Under the pieces are notes generated by a model that worked only from the letters and a program-made list of their open reading frames with translations, was not told the origin of the DNA and did not search any database. The position numbers and the translations under genes are program-made. This document shows, one piece after another, positions 19,666 through 29,643 of a DNA stretch of 64,000 nucleotides (its first letter is position 1; each line of letters opens with the position of its first letter). Source of the stretch: Nostoc sp. (lineage in GTDB: Bacteria; Cyanobacteriota; Cyanobacteriia; Cyanobacteriales; Nostocaceae); assembly GCF_036919595.1 (NCBI RefSeq), contig NZ_JBALCO010000016.1:32028-96027 (forward strand), read 5' to 3'.

Positions 19666-20313
19666 TCAAATAGTGGAATCATCACTCAGATGCTTGTGCA
19701 ATAACATCTGGCTTGAACGTCTTAGGAAAAATGTATTCCAATTCGATTCGACTTTATGCACCCGATATCCCAGCTTGAAATAAAGTTGCCTTGCTTGATG
19801 GTTATTTTCCAAAACGTGGAGATATAAGTCTTCAAATCCCCACTCGCGAGAGACTTTTTCACAGCTAGTCAGTAAGCCCGAAGCTACACCATGTCTACGG
19901 AATTTTGGGTGAACCGCTAAATTAGATAAGTAAGGAAAACCCATGCCGACCTGGCTCCACGAATCACTGTAACGTACACCCAGTTCCACACTTCCCACTA
20001 AGTTATTAGCCGCACCAGTAGTAGCTTCAAAGGCAACTAAACAAATATGACGCGGCAAAGGTGATGCCATGCGATGCCTTAAGTCTTCGTAAATACCCAG
20101 ACGTAGCAATGGGAAAGCCCATCCCCACATACCCTGTTGGGAGTGAAAGCTTTCAGCAATAATTTGGGCAACACCGATCAAATCAGCAGGTATAGCTGTA
20201 CGAATTTGAAATTGGCAGCAAGCTGGATTGATTGGCTGTTGCTGGTATGGATGAAAAAACCGATATTTCAAGGCTAGTTTAGGATTGATTTTATTCAACG
20301 AAAGTTTTCTCAA
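19666..20313 (-). CDS. GNAT-family N-acetyltransferase
   Basis: YLSNLAVHPKFRRHGVASGLL, LYLHVLENNHQARQLYFKLGY; exact start uncertain. Confidence 0.9.
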   Translation of the reverse strand: MRKLSLNKINPKLALKYRFFHPYQQQPINPACCQFQIRTAIPADLIGVAQIIAESFHSQQGMWGWAFPLLRLGIYEDLRHRMASPLPRHICLVAFEATTGAANNLVGSVELGVRYSDSWSQVGMGFPYLSNLAVHPKFRRHGVASGLLTSCEKVSREWGFEDLYLHVLENNHQARQLYFKLGYRVHKVESNWNTFFLRRSSQMLLHKHLSDDSTI

Positions 20314-21331
20314 ATATCCTCAAACACCATTTAAACTGAATAAAAACTTTATATCTGCCCAGGAGATTGAACTGACTTAAGATTGCTAATTCGCTTTTGC
20401 TTTTGGAGCCGACAAAGTTTTACACTTTAGTTTAAGGCTTTATAGCCTGTATTTTTGAAAGAGTCTTAGAAGTTACAGCTTCATAAATCTACAATTTTAA
20501 GTTCAGTTGGTTCAAGTGCATCCCTCGCTTTAGCTAGAGAGGATATCAGCCTGTTTACCACAAAAACATCTGTAAAGTGGTAGAGGTTGAGGTGAATGGG
20601 CAGAGAAATAGCATAACCTGTCGGTAGGCAGGATCTACAAAATTGTTAGGTAAGTACACCAACGGCAAACTCTGGTTTCAAACCACCCTTGGTTGCAGTA
20701 CCGAACTCATTTTTACAATTGCCGCTACACTAACACGACTTTGCTACTGAATCATAGGAACAGGCTGTACAGTAATTGGGGTAAGAATCTGCAAGGTTCC
20801 CTAATTCCTAATATCCAACTTTTCAACCACTATCACTTGTCTTAATGATAGTTCTGATTGCTAAATTGGAAAGAGATATTTGTCTAATAGTATACTTTAG
20901 CTTTAAATCTTATTATTTTAATTTTGCTGACTTTACCATGACTACCATAAATAAAATTTACCTGCAAGTGTTAGTACAACTCCTGGGAAGGGAAAACTTA
21001 ATATGCAGCTTCATCTGGATTTTTCAGCTAGCTATGAGTGCTGTATGTAGTATCAGAGATTGCTCACAGGAGGTAAAGGAAGATTTGGCAAGCAAGCATC
21101 GACTCTGTAACCCTAAAACTGACCATGAAAGCAATTACATTGCACCAAAGCAAACGGTAATCGGCATAAGCCATTGAGACAAATTACTGTGAGTAAACGC
21201 TCCTACACTCAGCAGTCATGTAGCCAAAGAGCCTTATCGGTCGAAATGCTCTGCTCTTACCTGACTCAGAAAAATCCTTACCTGATCAGATTATTCTTTA
21301 TCCGACTGCCGTTGCAGCAGGAAAGCGGTGC

Positions 21332-24300
21332 ATGAAATCCCAAGCAAACAGTAAGCCTAAAATTTTGGTTGTCGATGATGAACCAGACAACCTTGACTTG
21401 CTTTACCGCACTTTCTATCGCGACTATAAGGTGCTGAGGGCAGCCTCTGGCCCTGCGGCACTCGATCTGCTGGCTCAAGAGGGAGAAGTCGCAGTGATCA
21501 TCTCCGATCAGCGGATGCCGATGATGAGCGGTACAGAATTTTTGAGCCTAACAGCAACTCAATATCCAGATATTATCAGGATTATTTTAACTGGCTACAC
21601 CGATGTCGAAGACCTGGTGGAAGCAATCAACGCTGGTAAGGTATTTAAATATGTCACTAAACCGTGGGAAGCCGAGGAACTCAAAGCAGTGGTACGCCAA
21701 GCTTTGGATACCCACAATGTCCTAAAAGCCCGCACCCGCGAACTTACCCGCACACTCCGGCAAGAATCACTGCTAAATACCGTCACAAATACGATTCGCA
21801 GTGCTTTAGACTATCGCCAAATTTTACAGGCAATTGTAGATACAGTAGGCCATATGTTGGAGGTGGATGTCTGCCTGTTGCGTCCCTTCCAAGATGAGCA
21901 GTTGGCGGATAAAGGATTTATTTATCAGAAGGCTCTGGAAGAAAAAGAACACGGGGACACGGGGATATGGGGACACGGAGATCAGCAAATCAATTTTCCT
22001 CTTGTCCCCCCATCTCCCTCTCCTCCTATCCCTCCGTCCTCCCTCCTGGCTCAAACGGTGTGGGAAACCCGCGAAGTCCAGGTAATTCACGATGTGATCG
22101 ATGATGAGCGCATTCACGGTAAAACTCCCGAACTGCGCCAACGTGGGGCAGCTTTTGCTGCTGCTAACATTTGTTCTAGTTTAGTTGTGCCATTGATCTG
22201 CCAACAAGAACTGATGGCAGTACTGGCACTGCACCAGTGTTCTCTGCCTCGCTTTTGGGGGGATGATGAGGTGCAGCTAGTGTTGATGGTAGCGGATCAG
22301 GCAGCTTTAGCTTTGTCTCAAGCTTATGCTTACGAACAAGTACGTGCTCTTGCCAAGCGAGAAGCCCTAATTAATACGATTACTAGCGCGATTCGCTCTA
22401 GCTTAGACCCTCAAGATATTTTTGCGGCTATTACCCAGCAATTGGGGCAAGCCTTACAAGTCGATGGCTGTGTCCTGTCTTTGTGGACAGAGGAAGATGA
22501 ATTTGTCCAGTGTGTGGGCTTGTATGACAGTTTTCAACAGCCGGAAAATTTGCGTAGGCACAGCTCGCCGCATGCATTGCTAGCCCCAGAGAAAAATTTA
22601 AATAATAATAACCTATTAACTCAGAGATTACCCTACTCTCATGCATCTATACAGGAGAATCCAATCCTCCAACAAATGCTACAGACACATGAACCAGTGG
22701 TAATTGGTAATGTGGGTCATTCTCCCTCACAAGTGAACGGTTTTGATTTACCTTTAAAAATGCCAGCGCGATCGCTAATGTTTGTGCCATTATTGGCTGA
22801 TGGTAAATGTATCGGTAGTATTACTTTGCATGAAGGTAACAAAGTCCGTAGATGGCTGTCATCTGATATCAATTTGGCGAAAGCAGTAGCAGCTCAAGCA
22901 GCGATCGCTGTGCAGCAGTCACACTTATATCAAAAAACTCGTCAACAAGCTGAACGCTTACTGGAACTAGATAAACAAAAAACCGAATTTTTCCAAAATA
23001 TTTCCCACGAGTTTCGCACTCCTATTACCTTGATTCAAGGGCCTTTAGAGTCGGCGGTGGCGGCTGGTGAAGGATTATCTCACTCCCAAAGTGCGATCGC
23101 CCTGCGTAACTCCCGTCGCCTGCTGCGACTGGTAAATCAATTGCTAGATTTACAACGCCTGGATGCGGGGAGAATGCAGCCTAGTTTCCGCCCTTGCGAT
23201 ATAGTCGAATTTGTCAGTCAAATTGTTGAATCTTTTCGTCCCTACTGTGAGAAAAAGGGACTGCATTTAGTCACTCAGTTAGATGAATGTTCTACGGTGT
23301 ACTTAGATATGGAAAAATTTGACAAGGTGGTTTACAACCTCCTGTCAAATGCCATGAAGTTCACTCCTGAAGGTGGCACGATCAGCATTAGACTAAAATC
23401 TGAAAATGACCGTTGCATACTGCAAGTACAAGACACTGGTATTGGCATTGTTAAAGAACAAATTCCTCACCTATTTGAGCGCTTCCGCCAAGCTGAAGGT
23501 TCAGCAAACCGATCCTATGAAGGCAGTGGTTTGGGTTTAGCTTTAGTTAAAGAATTGGTAGAATTACATGGTGGTGAAGTCACTGTAGAATCAGTTTATG
23601 GCGAAGGCACTACCTTTAGTTTATGGCTTGTTACTGGAAATGCTCATTTACCCGCACCGCAAGTACTAGAAACGCCTACCGAACTGAACACGAGCCGCGC
23701 TAGCGTAGAATTGGCTGATTTAGAACTGGTAGACTCAACAACAGACAATATTGAAGATATTACAAGAAACTTCTCGCCCAGTATTGATACTCAAGACTCA
23801 GCACTTAAGACTCAGCAACGCCAGACCGCTCAACAGGGGGAACCCCTGCATACGGCTGGGTCCTCAATTCTAGTTGTAGATGATAACCCGGATTTGCGAA
23901 CCTATGTATCTGAAATTTTCCGCCGCAATGGCTATCATGTACAGACAGCTCGTAATGGTTATGAAGGGTATGGGATAGCTAGGGAAATTATACCCAGCTT
24001 GATTGTGACTGACTTAATGATGCCCTTGGTGAGCGGACTTGAGATGATTCAGATGATCCGCCATGAGGAGAAGTTGAAAGGAACACCAATCATTCTGCTG
24101 ACAGCGAAAGTTGACGAGGAAACCCGCATCGAAGGTACAGAACATGGGGCGGATGCTTATTTAGCAAAACCATTCAATGATCGGGAACTTTTAGCGGAAG
24201 TTCGGAATCTTTTAGCATTGAAAGAAAATGAACGACGAATCGTGGAGTTAAATACTTATCTAACAGAATCGGTGCTAAAGCGCTTTTTGCCGACTGTATT

Positions 24301-24940
24301 GGTGCAAAAAGCCGCAACCGGAGATTTAACGTTAGATTTGCGCCCAGAACCACGCTTAATTACAGTTTTGTTTAGTGACATTGTGGGTTTTACACAGCTA
24401 GCAAATACCCTCAGATCCCGGCGAGTAGCAGAGTTGCTAAATGAATATTTAGAAGCCATGACTAAGGTTGTGTTTGGCAATGGCGGTACTGTAGATAAAT
24501 TTATGGGAGATGCTATCTTAGCTTTATACGGAGCGCCGGAAGAACTAACTCCTAATGAACAGGTGCGTCGTGCCATCAATACAGCAAGAGCAATGCACCG
24601 CTCACTGGCTGACTTGAACCAGCGCTGGCGAGACCAAGGTGTATTTGATGGCGATAAACTTACTAACGTCCAGTTCCGGTGCGGTATCCATCAAGGTACA
24701 GCTGTTGTGGGAATGTTTGGTAGTGCTGAACGTGCTGATTATACAGCCATTGGTCCAAGTGTGAATATTGCTGCAAGGTTACAAGCTGCTGCCCTTCCCG
24801 GTACGATCCTGGTTTCTGCTGCCGTGGCAGATTATTTGCAGGAAGAAGAAATTACTAAAGGTAGTCCGCTAGAACTTAAAGGAGTAGATGAAACAGTTTT
24901 GACTTTCGCTGTTACACCAGAGATAATGGTTAATCGCTAA
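21332..24940 (+). CDS. cyaC: Adenylate cyclase CyaC-type hybrid kinase (REC-GAF-GAF-HisKA-HATPase-REC-class III cyclase)
   Basis: SDQRMP receiver, two GAFs, ISHEFRTP, NLLSNAMKF, DTGIG, GSGLGL, TDLMMP, LFSDIVGFT, DKFMGDA, YTAIGPSVNIAARL. Confidence 0.92.
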   Translation: MKSQANSKPKILVVDDEPDNLDLLYRTFYRDYKVLRAASGPAALDLLAQEGEVAVIISDQRMPMMSGTEFLSLTATQYPDIIRIILTGYTDVEDLVEAINAGKVFKYVTKPWEAEELKAVVRQALDTHNVLKARTRELTRTLRQESLLNTVTNTIRSALDYRQILQAIVDTVGHMLEVDVCLLRPFQDEQLADKGFIYQKALEEKEHGDTGIWGHGDQQINFPLVPPSPSPPIPPSSLLAQTVWETREVQVIHDVIDDERIHGKTPELRQRGAAFAAANICSSLVVPLICQQELMAVLALHQCSLPRFWGDDEVQLVLMVADQAALALSQAYAYEQVRALAKREALINTITSAIRSSLDPQDIFAAITQQLGQALQVDGCVLSLWTEEDEFVQCVGLYDSFQQPENLRRHSSPHALLAPEKNLNNNNLLTQRLPYSHASIQENPILQQMLQTHEPVVIGNVGHSPSQVNGFDLPLKMPARSLMFVPLLADGKCIGSITLHEGNKVRRWLSSDINLAKAVAAQAAIAVQQSHLYQKTRQQAERLLELDKQKTEFFQNISHEFRTPITLIQGPLESAVAAGEGLSHSQSAIALRNSRRLLRLVNQLLDLQRLDAGRMQPSFRPCDIVEFVSQIVESFRPYCEKKGLHLVTQLDECSTVYLDMEKFDKVVYNLLSNAMKFTPEGGTISIRLKSENDRCILQVQDTGIGIVKEQIPHLFERFRQAEGSANRSYEGSGLGLALVKELVELHGGEVTVESVYGEGTTFSLWLVTGNAHLPAPQVLETPTELNTSRASVELADLELVDSTTDNIEDITRNFSPSIDTQDSALKTQQRQTAQQGEPLHTAGSSILVVDDNPDLRTYVSEIFRRNGYHVQTARNGYEGYGIAREIIPSLIVTDLMMPLVSGLEMIQMIRHEEKLKGTPIILLTAKVDEETRIEGTEHGADAYLAKPFNDRELLAEVRNLLALKENERRIVELNTYLTESVLKRFLPTVLVQKAATGDLTLDLRPEPRLITVLFSDIVGFTQLANTLRSRRVAELLNEYLEAMTKVVFGNGGTVDKFMGDAILALYGAPEELTPNEQVRRAINTARAMHRSLADLNQRWRDQGVFDGDKLTNVQFRCGIHQGTAVVGMFGSAERADYTAIGPSVNIAARLQAAALPGTILVSAAVADYLQEEEITKGSPLELKGVDETVLTFAVTPEIMVNR

Positions 24941-25008
24941 AATTTAGACTGGTATTTTAAAGCATTACCAATGAGTAAGAGTGCCTAATCATATCCAGTT
25001 TATATAAT

Positions 25009-26268
25009 ATGATACCATCGGTTGCAGACACAACTCCAATTTCAGCCAAGGTCTGGAGGCGACACACTGACCCACCAGGTTTATGGATTTCTGTCGTTAT
25101 AGGTTCAGTCTCTCTGCACTTGCTGGCGTTCTGGCTAATGCGCTCATCTAATGCATTTAGTTTGTGGTTTCCCCAGCAAAGTCAATCTGTTGTTCCTATT
25201 GAATTGATAGACATTGCTCCCAAAACAAAATCAATAACCAAATCAAAATCAACAGCAAAAACTGTTTCGCCAAAGCTACTATCCTCAACTCAAAAGTCTG
25301 TACCAGCACGTTCACTACAAACAGCACGAACTACGCCCAGAAATCAAGATTTTGGCGCAATAAATTCTGCTGAGAATCTCCAGCAAAAGAGCCGAACTTA
25401 CACCTTTCAATCTAATAGCCGACCCTTTAGGCAGCAGAGAGTTCTTACAGCCACACCAAAACCTACATCTGCACCGAAACCTACACCTATAGCCACACCG
25501 AAACCTACAGTTCTAGTCGGTAGTCTACCTTGGAACCGCCGTCAAGAAATCAAACTGGGAAAGGGAACACCACTATCAACAGGTATTCCATCAAATTCAC
25601 CAGTTTCGGAAGCTGAAAACAGAGAAACTCCGCCACGCACCCCCACTCAGGAAACTCCAGCAACTCCGACTAAAGAAACTCCATCAACTCGAACTAGGGA
25701 AACTCCCGCAACTCCGATTAAAGAAACTCCATCAACTCGAACTAGAGAAACTCCAGCAACTCCGACTAAAGAAACTCCATCAACTCGAACTAGGGAAACT
25801 CCAGCAACTCCGACTAGAGAAACTCTACCAACTCGAACTAGAGAAACTCCAGCAACTCCGACTGGGGGAGCATCGGTAGCAATAGTAGCTCCTTTGCTTA
25901 GAGATAAAGTCAGTAACTTAATACAATCAGGAAGATTACGACAAGATGCTTTACCAGACGTTATCGCTTTATACAGAGGAAGCAACACAAAACAATTGGA
26001 CTCAAGTTTTCTCCCCAGCGATTCCAAAGTTAAGCCTGCACAGCTCCTTGCTAGCTTAGTAATTGATAACAAGGGCAACTTTCAACAGGCTTTAGTCATA
26101 GAAATAGAACCAGCAACATCACAAAGTGAAAAAAGCACATATGAGCGAATTCTCAACGAAGTTTTCAAAACAGAAAACTTTCTTGCCGCTCACAACAACG
26201 ATGGCACAAAACCAGATTTGAGCAATCTGTATGTATGGATCAAAATCCAACCTGCAAATTCCAACTAA
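25009..26268 (+). CDS. Membrane-anchored Pro/Thr-rich protein with TonB_C-like C-terminus
   Basis: Single N-terminal TM (ISVVIGSVSLHLLAFWLM), long P/T/K linker, C-terminal LVIDNKGNF...FLAAHNNDGTKP...VWIKIQ pattern. Confidence 0.55.
   Translation: MIPSVADTTPISAKVWRRHTDPPGLWISVVIGSVSLHLLAFWLMRSSNAFSLWFPQQSQSVVPIELIDIAPKTKSITKSKSTAKTVSPKLLSSTQKSVPARSLQTARTTPRNQDFGAINSAENLQQKSRTYTFQSNSRPFRQQRVLTATPKPTSAPKPTPIATPKPTVLVGSLPWNRRQEIKLGKGTPLSTGIPSNSPVSEAENRETPPRTPTQETPATPTKETPSTRTRETPATPIKETPSTRTRETPATPTKETPSTRTRETPATPTRETLPTRTRETPATPTGGASVAIVAPLLRDKVSNLIQSGRLRQDALPDVIALYRGSNTKQLDSSFLPSDSKVKPAQLLASLVIDNKGNFQQALVIEIEPATSQSEKSTYERILNEVFKTENFLAAHNNDGTKPDLSNLYVWIKIQPANSN
25651..25863 (+). repeat. Coding 48-bp tandem repeat (ETPATPTKETPSTRTR x4 plus partial)
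   Basis: Visible in DNA and translation. Confidence 0.93.
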
Positions 26269-26318
26269 ATGCTTCAATTTTTGCAAAAACTGTGTTATAT
26301 TTATAGGGTTGGAATTTT

Positions 26319-26389
26319 GCGGGCGTAGTTTAGTGGTAAAACTATAGCCTTCCAAGCTATTAATGCGGGTTCGATTCCCGCCGCCCGCT
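26319..26389 (+). tRNA. trnG: tRNA-Gly (TCC), CCA not encoded
   Basis: GCGGGCG/CGCCCGC acceptor stem, TAGTGGTAAA D-loop, ATAGC-CTTCCAA-GCTAT anticodon arm, GGTTCGATTCC T-arm. Confidence 0.97.
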
Positions 26390-26742
26390 TATAAAAAGCT
26401 CTTAAGTGCATTAATCCACCTGAAATTTTAATTAGACAAGGGGCAAAAATTTTATATTTAATTTCGCCTAACTACTTATGTAGTTATCACAATACCTACA
26501 GGTAGATAATAAATAGCAAGGCAAGCCAACCTAATACTGCATTGTGTGTCGGGCTATTTTTGATCGGGTGTCTAATCTGCCCAGTCAATGCAAGTCTGAT
26601 GTTAAATAGCTTAATTATTGCTTTTCTTTACCAAGAAATAGCCATAATTGGTAAACAAATAAAAAATAGAGGAATATCGCACAGCTTTAATTTCCGAGTA
26701 TCCCTCATTGCTCTCACATCAACAATAGAAATATTTATCTAT

Positions 26743-27549
26743 TTATCCAAATCTGCCGCTAACGTAATCTTTAGTATCTTGCTGCTGAGGATTGTTGAAA
26801 ATTAGTTCTGTTGCGTCGTACTCTACCATGTACCCGTTACGACCTCCAGTTTCTGTAGTTTTAACATTAAAAAAGGCTGTTTTATCAGAAACTCGCGCTG
26901 CTTGCTGCATATTATGGGTGACGATAACGATTGTATATTGCTCTTTAAGTTGGTGAATAAGTTCTTCAACCCGTAACGTGGAAATGGGGTCGAGGGCAGA
27001 GCAAGGTTCATCCATTAATATAACTTCAGGTTGGACTGCGATCGCTCTTGCAATACATAACCTCTGTTGTTGTCCACCTGATAAAGACGAGCCACTTTGT
27101 CGCAGTTTATCTTTTACTTCGTCCCACAAAGCCGCTTGCCGCAAACTCCGTTCTACCAATTCATCCATATTACCTTTGTAGCCGTTGATTTTGGCTCCAA
27201 AAGCAATATTGTCATAAATTGATTTTGGAAACGGGTTTGGTCTTTGAAAGACCATCCCAATTCTGCGACGCACTTCTACAGGATCAATATCGGATGCATA
27301 CAAGTTTTTATCGTAAAAAAGTATTTTACCTTCTGCCCGAAATGACTCAATCAGGTCATTAAGGCGGTTATAGCATCGCAACAATGTACTTTTACCACAA
27401 CCAGAAGGGCCAATAAAGGCTGTCACCTGATTTTTCGGTATATCTAGCCAAATATTCTGCAAGGCTAAAAATTTGCCGTAGTAAACGTTGAGGTTTTCGG
27501 TGCGTAAAACGGTTTGAGTATCATTCACTGTGCTAACATTGGTAGCCAT
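26743..27549 (-). CDS. pstB: Phosphate ABC transporter ATP-binding protein
   Basis: [48 protein letters not shown]. Confidence 0.97.
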   Translation of the reverse strand: MATNVSTVNDTQTVLRTENLNVYYGKFLALQNIWLDIPKNQVTAFIGPSGCGKSTLLRCYNRLNDLIESFRAEGKILFYDKNLYASDIDPVEVRRRIGMVFQRPNPFPKSIYDNIAFGAKINGYKGNMDELVERSLRQAALWDEVKDKLRQSGSSLSGGQQQRLCIARAIAVQPEVILMDEPCSALDPISTLRVEELIHQLKEQYTIVIVTHNMQQAARVSDKTAFFNVKTTETGGRNGYMVEYDATELIFNNPQQQDTKDYVSGRFG

Positions 27550-27607
27550 AAATTAAGTGCAGTATTAGTTTTAACGATACAAATCCGCCATGTAAATTGC
27601 TATTTCA

Positions 27608-28489
27608 CTAAGCTTTCTTACGAGTTGCCCAGCGGGCGATGATACTTGTGATTAGAACCATCAATACCAAAATCAAAGATGCTGCCCAAGCTAGTGATTG
27701 CCAATTTTTAAACGGAGAAATAGCGTATTTGTAAACCAAAACAGCAAGGGAAGCTGTGGGTTCAAATAAGCTACCAGGCCAAAAATTGGAAAAAAGAGCG
27801 GTAAATAGTAAAGGTGCGGTTTCTCCAGATGCTCTGGCGATCGCTAGTGTTGCCCCTGTTACAATTGCAGGTAAGGCTGCTGGCAACACTACTTGTGTTA
27901 CTGTTTGAAAGTTAGTTGCTCCTAACCCTACAGATGCTTGTCGCAAATCTTGCGATACTAACTGCAAGGCTTCATCAGTGGTTCGGACAATAATTGGCAA
28001 CATCAAAATTGCCAGTGCAAACCCTCCACCTAGAGCAGAATATGATCCTAAGTTTAACTTTACCAGTGTCAAAACTACAATGCCATAGGCAAATACCCCA
28101 GCAATAATTGACGGAACTCCACTCAGCACGTTAGCCGCAAAACGTACCCCTCTCGCTACTTGGGCGGAGCTAAATTCTGTGATGTAAATCGCCGCTAAAA
28201 TACCAAACGGGATACTAATCACCGCAGCAATTCCTACCATTAATAGTGTGCCCAAGATTGCATTACCAAACCCTCCTCCCTGCTGTAGAGCTTTGGGTGG
28301 CAGTTCAAAAAAGACGCTGGGACTTAAACTGCTAAAGCCTTGAATAATGACGTAAGAAAGCACTGCTATCAAAGGCACAAGTGCCAATACCCCACAGATA
28401 AATGCGATTACGGTCATTACTGTATTAAACAGTGTTCTTTGAGACATGGGAGCGCGAGTTAGACTGCGCTCTGGAAAACTAGAAGTCAT
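27608..28489 (-). CDS. pstA: Phosphate ABC transporter permease
   Basis: LSGVPSII, LPIIVRTTDEAL, ARASGETAPLLFT. Confidence 0.95.
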   Translation of the reverse strand: MTSSFPERSLTRAPMSQRTLFNTVMTVIAFICGVLALVPLIAVLSYVIIQGFSSLSPSVFFELPPKALQQGGGFGNAILGTLLMVGIAAVISIPFGILAAIYITEFSSAQVARGVRFAANVLSGVPSIIAGVFAYGIVVLTLVKLNLGSYSALGGGFALAILMLPIIVRTTDEALQLVSQDLRQASVGLGATNFQTVTQVVLPAALPAIVTGATLAIARASGETAPLLFTALFSNFWPGSLFEPTASLAVLVYKYAISPFKNWQSLAWAASLILVLMVLITSIIARWATRKKA

Positions 28490-28508
28490 AATTCAACCCA
28501 AAACTAAG

Positions 28509-29459
28509 CTACAGTCGCTTGACTCTTAGAACGATAAACTCGGCCATGATATTTACTACCAGGGTCAAGAAGAATAGAACTAAAGCAGCGTACATTAAAG
28601 CCGAAACTTGCAAACCACTAGCTTCTGAAAATTGATTTGCTAGTAGAGAAGAAATCGTATTGCCTGGTGCTAACAGTGAGATACTAATGTTGTTGGAATT
28701 ACCAATCAACATTGTTACAGCCATTGTTTCTCCCATTGCCCGACCGAGTGCCAACATCACAGCACTAACTATCCCTGAAAAGGCTGCTGGAACCAGAATT
28801 TGCAAAATCGTTTCCCATCTGGTTGCTCCTAGTCCTACGGCGGCTTGACGCAAACTGGGGGGTATAGAAATCAAGGCATCGCGTGATAGGGCTGTGATGA
28901 TGGGCAAAGTCATAATTGCTAATATGACTCCCGCCGGCAACATTCCTGGCCCTGTAGGGGAGGTACTAAAAAATGGTATCCAGCCAAAGTAACTATTGAG
29001 CCATTTTCCCAAGTTAGTTAAGATAGGCACTAAAACAAAAATACCCCAGACGCCGTAAACGACGCTGGGAATAGCTGCGAGCAGTTCTACCGCAAAAACC
29101 AGTACCAACTTGACTTTTGCAGGTAAAAAATCCTCACTTAGTACAATAGCCGTACCAACCCCTATCGGTACAGCTATCAACAGACCAATAAAAGAACTCA
29201 AGAGAGTTCCATAAATTTGAGGTAGCACCCCATAGCTATCATTAACTGGGTTCCAAGTCGTGTTAGCTAAAAAGCTAGCCCCAAACTTTTGGATGGCAGG
29301 CCAAGAAGCAATTGCAACCTGCAAGCCAATCCATAATAAAGTGGCAGCAACCCCAAAGGCGAAAATTTTAGTAAGCCAAATAAAACCCTGATCTAGAGAT
29401 TTTTCTACATCAGAGCGATTTTTTGTCGCTGATGAAATGTTTTGAGAATTTGTAGTCAT
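28509..29459 (-). CDS. pstC: Phosphate ABC transporter permease
   Basis: ELLAAIPSVVYGVWG, LGATRWET, GRAMGETMAV. Confidence 0.95.
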   Translation of the reverse strand: MTTNSQNISSATKNRSDVEKSLDQGFIWLTKIFAFGVAATLLWIGLQVAIASWPAIQKFGASFLANTTWNPVNDSYGVLPQIYGTLLSSFIGLLIAVPIGVGTAIVLSEDFLPAKVKLVLVFAVELLAAIPSVVYGVWGIFVLVPILTNLGKWLNSYFGWIPFFSTSPTGPGMLPAGVILAIMTLPIITALSRDALISIPPSLRQAAVGLGATRWETILQILVPAAFSGIVSAVMLALGRAMGETMAVTMLIGNSNNISISLLAPGNTISSLLANQFSEASGLQVSALMYAALVLFFLTLVVNIMAEFIVLRVKRL

Positions 29460-29643
29460 GACTACCGACTTTCACAATTAAATCAGAAGAAAATGTAGGA
29501 GGCAACCAGATCAATAAAATTGTTGCTTCATCGTTTTTTGAAACTGAGACACTGGTAACACAGAGTTTCAATTTACGAATGCTTATAGTCTAGTAAGCAG
29601 CCTAAAAATTATTGTCTAGGAATACCTCATGTCTTGACTGTGG

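Noticed and set aside
20845-21177. 110-aa ORF upstream of cyaC
   Set aside because: AT-rich intergenic composition, no recognisable motif or RBS.
25647-26078. Antisense ORF with GVAGVSLVRVD repeats; likewise 33113-33352 and 33437-33868
   Set aside because: Reverse-frame shadows of low-complexity coding repeats.
26319-26742. tRNA-Gly as an integration site
   Set aside because: No integrase, no duplicated tRNA 3' end and no foreign DNA downstream; pstB follows directly.
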